This document shows positions 1 to 11,390 of a DNA stretch of 64,000 nucleotides, one piece after another. The DNA is from the human T2T-CHM13v2.0 reference genome, Homo sapiens. Positions within the stretch are counted from its first letter, which is position 1, and the number at the start of each line of letters is the position of its first letter. The translations under genes and the position numbers were made by a program. Below the pieces are notes generated by a model, which did no database searches, was not told the DNA's origin, and saw nothing but the letters and a program-made list of their open reading frames with translations. The DNA is taken from assembly GCF_009914755.1 (NCBI RefSeq), contig NC_060935.1; one strand, 5' to 3'.

Positions 1-166
1 TCTGGTAGTGTTTGTCCCAATCAAGCACTTTATGCTACTGTCATGAAATAAAGATGGGAACTGGGGTGAGGTTCAACATAGAGCATGCTTCTCACAATAA
101 TCTCTGTAGCTGTCTGTTGTAATTTTATTGTTAAGCTCTCTTTCTAATTTAGTCTTGAGGCCTCTC

Positions 167-916
<750 letters not shown>

Positions 917-2616
917 TAAATTATTGACACTGCCCATTTTTGTTTCACTCTATCTCCTCTCAGACTCCAGCTCCTTCCACACAGGAAGAGGCCAAATATT
1001 CCTGCGCCCCTCACAAGACTCTGGGCTGAAGCCCTGCTGTTTGCCTCTCTGTCTCAGCCCGGGTGAGCTGGCCCATCTTAGACTGGCAACTCTGTTCTGT
1101 GAACAGGTTGTTAGAGCCCAAGTGCAACAGGAAATGTACAGAAGGTTTCAAATCATTATGTATACCTACAGGGAGGGAGAAGCAGATGCCATTTGAAAGG
1201 GGCCTGATTAGAGAACGTGCTTGCCGACAGTGTATCTGATTGGCATCTGTGGCTTTGCAGCCAGACCATCTGTTTTTGCTAATGCAGCTTCAAGTGCGGT
1301 GCATAATGAGGTTAGGGTCAGGACTGTATTGTTCGTCTATGGCTTATGTGTGCCTCCTCCAGCTATGTGAAAATTAAAGGGGCACTGCCAGGACCATGCA
1401 AGTGGAGAACACTTCTCTGCCAAAATGTGACCAGAAAAAAAAAAGGGATAATGGACTCCCTTTGTGTCTCTCCAGGGAGATCTTAAGTATGGAGGAACAC
1501 AGAGCTAGAGTGCTATGTTAATAGAGAGAAAGGACAATGGGTGTAAGATGTAGTGGTTAAAAATGGATGGTATCACAAGTAGGAAAAGAACTTTAAAAAT
1601 AAGACAAAAATCAAGAGGGACTGGCAGGTAAAGAGAAAGAGACATAAACATTTATGTCCCTGGGTTAATGTTTCAGCATTTACAAAATAGAGTCTCCCCA
1701 ACTCTCAACCCACTCCCAGCTCATGCGCACTTTGTTGAGAGTGCACCACAACTGTACACCATTAGTCTAAAAATAATCAAAGCACCTATCAATTTGATAA
1801 TGATTTCTTCTCATCTTTGTGCCTTCTGAAATTCTGTCCTCATTCCAAAGCCCAGGGAGGATTCCTGGTACATTTAAAAATCTCTCTACTTAAGCTTGGG
1901 GACAGACAGCTTTAAAGTAGATTATTTGACAAATTACATGTTATACTTGCTTTTATGCAGTGTATTGTATAAAATTTGCCTACACCATTTTTAGGGAACT
2001 CAGTAGCACCCCCTAGGGATCACTGTTTGACAACAGAGATTTACATGGGAGTAGTGCAGTGTCTCTCTCAACAGTTCTTAATTTATGATTTCTTTTGACA
2101 AACATAAATAAAATAGACTATGGTGTTACTTGAAGTTCATAAATCAATCTAAATCAATTAGATATTGTGACTAAAAACAGCAAAGTAAAGCAAACTTTAG
2201 AATTTACATTCTCAAATCACATCCTTGTGTTTTTGGAATGTTTCACTGAGTGGGTACCCTTGATACCCACTTAGTGGGCCCAAAGCTCCTGACCTGAGAA
2301 TCTATAGATTAACAAGTAAGTCATCAAATAACAGGTGCTTTAAAAAAATTATTTGTTAGGATTCCATACTATGTCAAGCCTTTCTATTCTCTGTTTTAAT
2401 AAATACAGTTTTGATAACTATATTATATGTACAGCTTTGAGCTTATGCTTAAAGTCTGTGCTTGTCATTCAGAATAATGACTGGGGGAGGTTTTCACTAT
2501 TGAAATGAAAATACCCAAAGTCCTCTGAATACTCCCCCAACAGCAGAGATAAATACCTTATAGACTGATCTGTTGAAGTAAGAATGTGATGGTGGAGTGG
2601 TTCTCTCGTTCCTCCC

Positions 2617-3031
2617 TGTATTAGGCTATTCCTGCACTGCTATAAAGAAATACCTGAGACTGGGAAGCTTATAAAGAAAAGAGGTTTAATTGGTTCATAG
2701 TTCTGCAGGCTGTACAGGAATCATGGCAGCATCTGCTTCTGGAGAAGTCTCTGGAAGCTTACAATCCTGGCAGAAGGCGAAGCGGGAGCTTTCATGTCAC
2801 ATGGCAAGAGAAAGACCAAGACAGAGAAGGTGCCACAAGCTTTTAAACAGCTAGGTCTCCTGAGAACTCACTCACTATGATGAGAACAGTACCAAGGGGA
2901 TGATGATAAACCATTCATGAGAAATGTGTCTTTACCCATGATCCAGTCACCTTCCACCAGGCTGTACCTCCAACATCGGGGATTACATTTCAACATGAGA
3001 TTTGGGCAGGGTACAAATCCAAACTGTATCA
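2617..3031 (-). mobile_element. MST-type (ERVL-MaLR) solo LTR
   Basis: TGTATTAGGCTATTC...AAACTGTATCA termini; perfect 5-bp TSD CTCCC (2612-2616 / 3032-3036). Confidence 0.9.
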
Positions 3032-4362
3032 CTCCCTAATATAGACTTTTGAACACCTGCCCTTTCACACACTGTATATTGATACTCTACTGCCTTTTGT
3101 CAAAATTCAAACTTTGGTCCTCAGCTGATAAGCATTTTGAGCTATCACATGGCTGGGTATATTTATTTAGCAGTGTTTGTATAATTATCTGGATATTTCA
3201 ATGACTTTTGCTCTTAAAATTTTAGAAAAATAAGTAGATTGTATAATAGGAGCTATAAAAGTGCTAGCCTCAGCACTTAACAGCACATTTGTTATAAACT
3301 CAACTTAATTGAGATCATCATTAGATGAGCTGAAGCAGTGACTTTTTAGCCTCAATTAGATGCTTAATGAATTAAACTGGCTGACTATATTAATTATGAA
3401 GAAAAGGAACAAAATTAAAATTTAGGAAGAAGTCAAATTCTGGAAATATGCATTGAAGATTATTTTCAAAAGGCAAACTTTTATTAAGACTTTATAATGT
3501 TTTTGTTTCATGGGAATACCTCCCCATACACACGTGTCTGCACACAGTGACACATAAAGTTAGTTCTTTGACTTTCAAAAAGTCACTTCTTATATACATT
3601 TTAAAGACACATAATATAACAAAAATGAGAATCATTGCATACCTTCCTCTTTAAAAGGGAGTATAAAAGTCACAACCTCTCGGTGTGGTTGGTATGGGGC
3701 ATTATTTGCATGACACATTATAAATGAATAGATAATGTCCCCACTAGTGTTTTCCCACATGCCAAACATGATATTCAGATCATTTAACAACTGATATAGG
3801 CATACCAGTGCTATTGGTCCTGTTGAATTGGAGAAAAGAAATTCCTTGAGAAATAAAATGATGGTGTGTGAGTAACTTACAAATCTCCTTAAAGCAACAA
3901 TATAATTTTTACATTAAGCAAATGCTCAATGAAGGCTGTAAGAGGATGCCAAGTTTCTTGTGTTTGGATCTTCACCAGTATATTTCTATACTACAGCAAT
4001 TTGTAATTCTTAATCTTGTCTCTGTCAATGTAATTGTGGCTATAGAACTTGAAAAGATTATCTTCCCTTTGTGTAATTTGGCTTGTTTGAGGGGTTGATG
4101 ATACTGCAATAATTTCCTCTTTTTCTGGGGTCCTGGACTCCCTCTTCTGCTTGTCTCTCCATTGCCATAGACTTTTGCATGTCTCTAAGTCCTGGGCTCT
4201 TAGCTCTTCCTAATTACAATATTGATGCTGACAGTTTGCTACACCAATTCTAATCACAAATCAGATTTACAGAGGGCTTGCAATGGAAGAATTGCAGCCA
4301 TGGCATTGACTAGACTGAAGAGCTTAGTTACCAGAAGTCACTTATCAAATGGGAAGGCTAGC

Positions 4363-4758
4363 TGGGATGGTTAATTTTATGTGTCAATTTGACAGAGCTG
4401 TGGGGTGTCTAGATAGCTGGTCAAACATTATTCTAGGTATGTCTGTGAGGGTGTTTGTGGATGAGTTTAACATTGAATAGACTGAGTAAGGCAGATTGTC
4501 ATCTCTAATGTGAATGGGCTTCATCCAATCAGTTGAAGGCCTGCATAGAACAAAAAGGCAGATCCTCCCCTGAATAAGAGGGAATTTCCTCCTGAGTGAC
4601 TTTCATTAGCTGGAAGTTATTGGTTTTTTTCCTTCCTTCAGACTGCAACTGAAATACCAGCTCTCTTGGGATTCCAGCTTACCCACTGCAGATCTTTGGA
4701 CTTGGCAACATTCATAATCATGTGAGCCAATTCCTTATAATGCATCTTTCACATCAAG
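4363..4758 (+). mobile_element. MLT2 (ERV-L) LTR, 5' part
   Basis: T(G)GGATGGTTAATTTTATGTGTCAA start typical of MLT2; runs to ...GCCAATTCCTTATAA, then is interrupted by the LTR18 provirus. Confidence 0.85.
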
Positions 4759-5090
4759 TGTCAGGTTCTAGCCCAAGCTGAGGTCCACGGGGAGTGGGTG
4801 GCAGATAGCTGGAAAAACACTAGAGGAATCATAGGCAGTTTTGACATGGCTTTATTCTCTCTCTGGTAGCAAGCCTGGGCATGAGCTGTATGTACAGTGT
4901 TAGCAGTGTAATTATACCTTTCACAGACAATAGTGGTTCCGAGCCAAGCACGAGCTCACATGAGTAGTTACCTAATGTGCCTCATATAATGTGTGGGGTT
5001 GTGCACCTGAGCTCCAAACCTGCTGAGTCATGCTGTGCTGGAAGGCCACCTCTGCCTACTCCTGACTGAAGTGCAGCTATTTCCCTTACA
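4759..5090 (-). repeat. 3' LTR (LTR18-like)
   Basis: Minus strand TGTAAGGGAAATAGCTGCACTTCAGTCAGG...CCTGACA; AATAAA at ~4851-4856 (minus); preceded by purine tract GGGGTTGGAG (5091-5100). Confidence 0.85.
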
Positions 5091-5109
5091 CTCCAACCCC
5101 TAGGCTGAG

Positions 5110-6260
5110 GGCATCTTCTGGGTAGGGACATGTGCCCATAGGGCAGAGCCCTGAATCCATAACCCACAACAACAATACAGAGAGCAATACCTCACTACTA
5201 GGATCTCAGCTATGCTACTTATGACTATTAGGGCCGAGCATAGACCAGGGCCCAGGGATGCCCACTATCTCTGCAGGGGGTTGTCAGTAATGCTCTCGAC
5301 CACCTTAATCTCCCATGAGACCCCTTGCAGGGCTGCTGTTGTGTTCTGCTGATTGTCAGGGATAAAGGTACAACATTGTGTTCCTTAAAGGGCATAGATG
5401 CCTCCTTGGGCAGCAGTTACTATGTCTATGGCCATCCAGTTTTGCAACACCACCTTTCTGATCTGATCAGCCTCATCTGTTAACAAGAGAAGGGCCACTT
5501 GGGTGTAATTCAGAGCCCGAGTGGTGTGCTCTGCTCGAGCAGTAACCTGTGCTTCTACAATTATGACACCCACTCCAGGGATAGTCACTGCCAAAGGGTA
5601 GAACTGCTGGGGGCTCATTGCACTCACACAAACTAAGAGTGTAGCATCTCCCAGTTATGCGGGCATCAGGGCAACATGGGGAGAACAGTGGCAGGCACAT
5701 AAGGCCACCCCCAGGTACAATGTCCAGTGCAGTTCGCGGGTAGGTAAATCTACTCTGTGTCCCCACAGACCCATAGACTCGCAGGGGGCACAAAGTCAAT
5801 CAGGGCCTGACCTTGGTAGTGACATGTGTTATGTTTGCAAAGGCTGTGACAGGTACCCATCCCACAGTGGTGTTACCCCAATGTTGCTCTATGCACTGTG
5901 GCACTTGGGCTGGGAGTACTACATGTTCCCCACTAGCCAGCCCCATCATAAACGCTATGGGCCAGCCAGGGGTTGGGCACACCATGTGTCTTGCAGCATC
6001 CTTTGTCCAAAGCTGCCATGTTGCATTCCAGGCATCAGCCATGGGACCCCCAAGTCTCCAACCATGTCCAGTTCTCTGCAGACACAAGATGTATGTGCCA
6101 AGGCAAGCCATCCGCAGCCCTGCTGGAAGGGCAGTGCATATCCAATAGTTGGAAACATTGGTCACCTAGTGTAGGTGTGGGCCCAGTCCACAATGCAATT
6201 GGAGTATGTTAACCTCTGGTCAAAATGACAGAGCAGGCATAGGTACTAACAGGAGTAAAT
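5110..6260 (-). pseudogene. env: Retroviral env remnant (gamma-type SU/TM)
   Basis: SU VSNYWICTALP (degenerate CWIC); TM fusion peptide YPLAVTIPGVGVI; ISD-like LQNWMAIDIVTAAQGG; then IYAL*GTQCCTFIPDN (degenerate CX6CC). Ends approximate. Confidence 0.85.
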
Positions 6261-6279
6261 CACACCCCTCAGGCAAAAT

Positions 6280-8808
6280 ACAAGCTAACCTTTTATCCCT
6301 AGATAACAATGCAGCTGCCAAGGGCTTCTGCCCTCAGTGATGGTACCATAACTTCTCAGCTCCCCATGGTTCCTTTGGGTCCTGTATCCATGCCAAAGTC
6401 ATGGGGGAGCTCATAATAGGCCACATAGACAGTACATATGTTCCCTAAAGGAGGATTCCTTCCCTGGTCATTCCCCTACAAACAGTCAACTGCAGGGGCC
6501 ATGTATTGAACACCCAAGAAGTTACATGCAAGTCATACTGTAGGCCCTCCCTCCAGGGAGCTATGATGGCCAACCACCGGCAGTCAGGGGCCTGGAAGGT
6601 CCATGGCCACAGCCAGGTTTTCTGTTCCCCTGCCTTCAGGGGCACTGGGGCAGGCAACAACATGTTACCATTTGTCCTCATACCTGGTCAAAGGAGGTCA
6701 TCCTTGTTGTGTATCTGCAACTGAATAGGGGTGGTGGCCCACTGTAACAAAGCCTTCACTGGGGCCAGGCTGCCTTTCCATGGCCATTCATTCAAGGTTT
6801 GGAGCACCAGGTCGAGACTTGAACTCCAGCCCCGCAAAGATGGGGGTGTGACATGCAAGTGTAACCCATTCTTCAGTAGCCTGTTATATCGCTCAATTAT
6901 ACCTGCAGCTTGCAGGTTGTATAGCACATGGAATCCCCACTTTATGTCCATTTGTTGTGCCCATTATTGTACCTGTTATCCAGTGAAATGTGTTTCCCTA
7001 TCACTCTCAACGACCAGAGGGCAACCATCCAGGGTACATAAGTGTTGCAAGGTCCAGATGGTGTGCTATTGTTTGGCCACTCTGCAAGCGTAGGTGAACA
7101 ACAGGCCTGTGGCCATGTCCACAGCTGTTAGCACACGTATATTCCCTTGCAACTTTGGCAGTGGCCTGATGTAGTCTACTTGCCACCTGGTCAAGGGGAC
7201 TCGCCGTATCATCACTTGTTGTGTAACACTGGGCAGCTGCCTCCATTTGGGGTATGCCTGAGCACGTGCTGGGCATTTCTGACCAGCCTTGCAAATATCT
7301 TCTGTGGGCAGGGACAGACCCAAATGCATCTGCCTCATCATTACCAGGGGTAGCCAAAGACATATGGCCTCACACATGATAAATAGTTACATCTTTCTGA
7401 TGACCCATTTCTTAGAGGTCTTGCCACATGGCTTGGCCCCAAATGGGTTGGTGGCCAACTAGCCAATTCTGTATTTTCCAAGTAGTTAACCAAGAGGTTA
7501 AGCCTTGATAGACCGTCCAGCTATCGGTACAGATTACCATAGGTGTCACTTCCTTTGTGATCGCCATCCATACTGCTTTAAGTTCAGCCCATTGGCTGCT
7601 TTGCCCACACCCAGTATCAAACCATATGGTGTCAGTACCAACCAACAACAGTCCAGGCAGCAGTAGTACCTCAGCTACAGCCATCTGTGTACCAGGCCTC
7701 TCTGGGAATGAGGGGACCCCATTCCTTAAACAGTGATGGTTTGGAGTCTAGGGGTGCATCAGACCCCGTGGCCTTCTCTTGCATTAGGACTACAGGTCCC
7801 AAAACCTCTTTCAGCTCTGCTAAGGGGCTTGTACTCAGATTACTCCACTGGTCTAAGTAGGCACCCCACTTTGCTAAAGTAGATGTCTGTGCCATCCCAG
7901 TCCAGGGGTCAATACCCATGAATACACCCATCCCGCTATTGGGTAAGTCATTTGCATGACGACTATAGCCCATCCTGTCACACTCTCACAAGGCTGAAAG
8001 GCAGCATTTACAGCTGCTAGCTGTTTTTCTGTCAAGGAATACCAAAACTCAGCTCCCTTCCATATTCAGGACCAAAAGCCTCCTGGCATTCTCAAGTGCT
8101 CTGTGCACTTCCACAGGCCCCAGCTGAAACCATCTGTGGTCAGATGCATATCCTGCTCAAACGGGCACCCCTGGTCAACTACCCATAGGGCTTGTGTCTG
8201 CTGAATAGCCCGCTTTGCTGCCTGGAAGGTGGTCTCAGCTGCATCATCCCAATCCCAGGTAGCTCCCTTCTTTGTTAACCGATATAATGGTTTTATCATT
8301 TGCGCTAAATGGGGGCACAAATGCCCACCAATATCCCAAGAGGCCCACAAAAGTTTGCAGCTCCTTCACCATGGTGGGCTGGGGATATGCCTGAATTTTG
8401 TCAATGATCTATCAAATCCATGATTGACAGTGCAGCTGCATACAAAGGGAGTGTTACTTTATTCAGTTCCTGATAGTCAACCATCAACCACCAAGTTCCA
8501 TCAGGCTTTCTAACTGTCCACATTGGAGAATTGTAGGGGCTGTGGGTGCCATGCACTATCTGCACTTCATGCAGCTTTTTAATTGTCTCGGTTATCTCCA
8601 CATGCCCAGCCGGCAAATGGTCAGGGTTGTGCGGGACCTGAGGCTGGTGATGCATATGTCCAAGCAGCGCCAGCTTCACCACAGGCACTCAGAGTCTGAA
8701 TTCCCCAGCTGCGGTTTGTAACGGCAGGCCATGTAAAATGTCCACCCCCAGAATGTATTCCAGGATGGCAGAGACATACACAGTATATAAGCAGGGAGCC
8801 AAGCGGAC
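6280..8808 (-). pseudogene. pol: Retroviral pro/pol remnant (RT, RNase H, integrase)
   Basis: RT SPYNSPMWTVRKPDGTWWLMVDYQELNK; tether WDWDDAAETTFQAAK; RNase H WYTDG / AELKAV / ICTDS; integrase WQVDYI, TAVD, YNLQAAGIIERYNRLLK. Fragmented across frames. Confidence 0.9.
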
Positions 8809-8840
8809 CTCCTGACTGAATTGCAGTCATTTCCCTTACG
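8809..8840 (-). repeat. 32-bp stub of the 5' LTR
   Basis: CTCCTGACTGAATTGCAGTCATTTCCCTTACG matches 5059-5090 (CTCCTGACTGAAGTGCAGCTATTTCCCTTACA) at 28 of 32 positions. Confidence 0.85.
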
Positions 8841-9008
8841 ACATCTTTCTTTCTCTCTCTCTCTTCTCTCCCTCTTTTCTCTCTCCTCTCCCTCTTTTCT
8901 CTCTCTCTCTTCTCTCCCTCTTTTCTCTGTCTCTCTCTCCTCCCCCTCACCTCTCTTTTTCTTATCTGTATTGGTTCTATTTCTCTAGAGAATCCTAATA
9001 CTCTAACA
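8841..9008 (+). mobile_element. MLT2 LTR, 3' part with expanded CT-rich tract
   Basis: (CT)-rich 8846-8960, then TATTGGTTCTATTTCTCTAGAGAATCCT typical of the MLT2 3' end; continues 4363-4758. Confidence 0.8.
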
Positions 9009-9120
9009 TTGACATTTTTGTGTGTGTGTCAGAAACTGTCCACAAATCCACAGGGCGGACAACTTGAAAACAATGAAAATTATTTTATTTGCATTAAAGG
9101 TTCTTTTTAAAGGGTTGATT

Positions 9121-9216
9121 GCACCTATTATGCCAGCTACTCAGGAGGCCAAGGAGGGGATGATCACTTGAGGCCAGGATTTCAAGACCAGTCTGGGCAA
9201 CATCTCTAAAAATAAA
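9121..9216 (+). mobile_element. Alu fragment (FLAM-like)
   Basis: CAGCTACTCAGGAGGCCAAGG...GATCACTTGAGGCCAGGATTTCAAGACCAGTCTGGGCAACAT plus short A tail. Confidence 0.75.
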
Positions 9217-11054
9217 TATATATTTTTAAAAGGTGTGTTTAGTTCCCCCAGCCATTGCAGCCACCACTCTGGGTATGGCTACATGCCCAATCTTTTATGC
9301 CACAAAAATAACTATGAGCCTTCTACATGTGCAGAAGTTCCATACTTGTTTTATCATGATGTCACAGAGGTCAATGCAATACAGAAGTGTAGCTAAATTT
9401 AGTTGCTCTCATCTGTAAATCAGAAAGCCACATTCCTTGTCCTGATGGTGAGTCTGCTGGGTTCCAGGCTGGAGCTATCCTGGGAGCAATGGTGAAATCC
9501 ATCATGAATTTCTTTCCCTACACTTGGTAACCCTCAGCTGGTTGTCATGACATTAATGCTACCGTTTTAGTAGAAAAGGAAGTTGGAACCGTGTGAGAAA
9601 GAGACAAAGGTAGACAGCTGGAATTTTCAATGGGGAAGGATTGAATACATCAAATTTTAAGGTTCTAAGATGAAGTTCATATTCTTCAAATGTGTTGACC
9701 CTCCTATTTATATTTCCAGCTGCCCAACTTATACATTTTGTGTAACTATTGTGAGAGAATATGTTACAGATTCATAATACTCATGAACTATATTCTTCCC
9801 TAGCTTTTTAGGTCACACTTATAAATACATGTCACAGTGTTTAAGCTCAGCTTGAAAACTTCAGCTTCATCCTTCATTCATCCTTTTCTTAATCCCTCAG
9901 ATTATCAGTTCAATTAATTTGTGTTTTCTTCTAAAGAACTCATGCAGGTATCCCTTGCTCTATTTGACTAATGAGTAATGATGGTGAAGTGGCTTAAAAA
10001 CATATCTGGACCAGCAGATCCTGAGGTTAGAATGGCGAGGCAAAACAAAAACCACGATGTGCTGTGTGTATGTGTGCATGTGTTTCCCTGGTATCTCTCA
10101 TTCCACATTGATGATTAATCATGCAATAAATACTGTTTAAATATTATTTTAGGGACTTATTGAAATAGCCAATAGACTCCCAATTATCTTAATGCTTTAT
10201 GTAAGCATTAAGCTCAGACCTAATGAATCTGAAGTGAGGCCAGACTGATTCTGAAGCAGGTGGCCTAAAAACCACGTGGAGAAACACCTGGTACACCCTC
10301 TAATTTGTACAGATTAGGCTCAATCAAGCTAACTATTTTACATCTATAAGTTAATGATAATAAGTAATGGTCACTTTAAGATCACAAAGCACCTCTTAAG
10401 TAATTAAAAATGGATAAATTGTATTTAATAGAGTTTTAGATTTAATTTCATGTTTTATGAATTATAATTCTTATGAAATTAGAAACTGACAGTTAGCTTG
10501 CATGGAATCGCTCTGAAAAAGGAATATTCATGAGTACCCCATTCTTAAAACTCTGAATACAATGAGGTTTATTGCAATTGGTAAGTTTTTATGCTTATCT
10601 GCATCCTCTAGATTCTTATTAGTAAATAAGAACAAAGCTTAAAAATGGTAAGTTCTGTTTTGCCTGCACCATCAAGGACAGGTGTTGTGTCTCAGAACTC
10701 GGTGGCTCATGGATGATCCCAGAGAGGTGAGACGGTCAGGCAGAGGAATTCACCTTCTTGTATGAGGGTGATGGGTGCTGGTGAAGCTGTCCCAGCATCA
10801 CAGGCTGCCAGTAGAGGCAGCAGGTGACATTAACAAGTTGTCAGGCAGATAACATGAGAATCATATCCAAAAGGCAGAGACTGCCAAAAAAGGGTAGGCC
10901 CTGGGTCTTATCAAGGAGTTGGAGAACCAAGCATATACTTGAAGAGGAAAAATAACTTGAGATTGGAAGTAGAAACCCAGTTATAGAACCAAGGCCCATT
11001 GATTGGGGGCCAGTGACAAGCCTCAACTAAGGCTCAGGTATGATTAGAGAGCTG

Positions 11055-11200
11055 CTAATAACAGTTACCATCTGTTGTGCAGTTACCATGTGCTAGGTAC
11101 AGTGCTAAGCATTTTATGCATATTAACCTCTCTAGCCCTTGCAAAAAGTCCATTATGGAGATGAGTAAACTGAGCTTCTGTGTGCTTAGCTTACCTGCCT
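11055..11200 (-). mobile_element. MIR SINE fragment
   Basis: ACCATGTGCTAGGTACAGTGCTAAGCATTTTA...GATGAGTAAACTGAG, MIR core-like. Confidence 0.65.
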
Positions 11201-11277
11201 AACTGAGGTCATATTAAGTAGATGACTTGAAGTTGGATCAAGAAGCTTATGCTTCCAGAGCCCTGCAGGAGGGTGGG

Positions 11278-11390
11278 ATGTGAGCACACACATGTGTTTG
11301 CGGGTATGTGTGAGTGCATGTGTGTGAACTGGGTGAGCATGCATGCATGAGTATGTGTGTTTGAGGGACAGTGTGTGCAAATATGTGTAC
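11278..11390. repeat. Degenerate (TG)/(CATG) simple repeat
   Basis: Runs of TGTG and GCATGCATGCATG. Confidence 0.7.

Larger units (their letters stand above)
4759..8840 (-). mobile_element. HERV-S / HERVL18-like class III provirus, 5'-deleted
   Basis: On the minus strand: 32-bp 5'LTR stub, end of protease, RT, RNase H, integrase, env, polypurine tract, complete 3' LTR. Many stops and frameshifts. Confidence 0.85.

Noticed and set aside
8621-8950. R/E-rich 109-aa ORF
   Set aside because: Translation of a CT microsatellite joined to ERV sequence.
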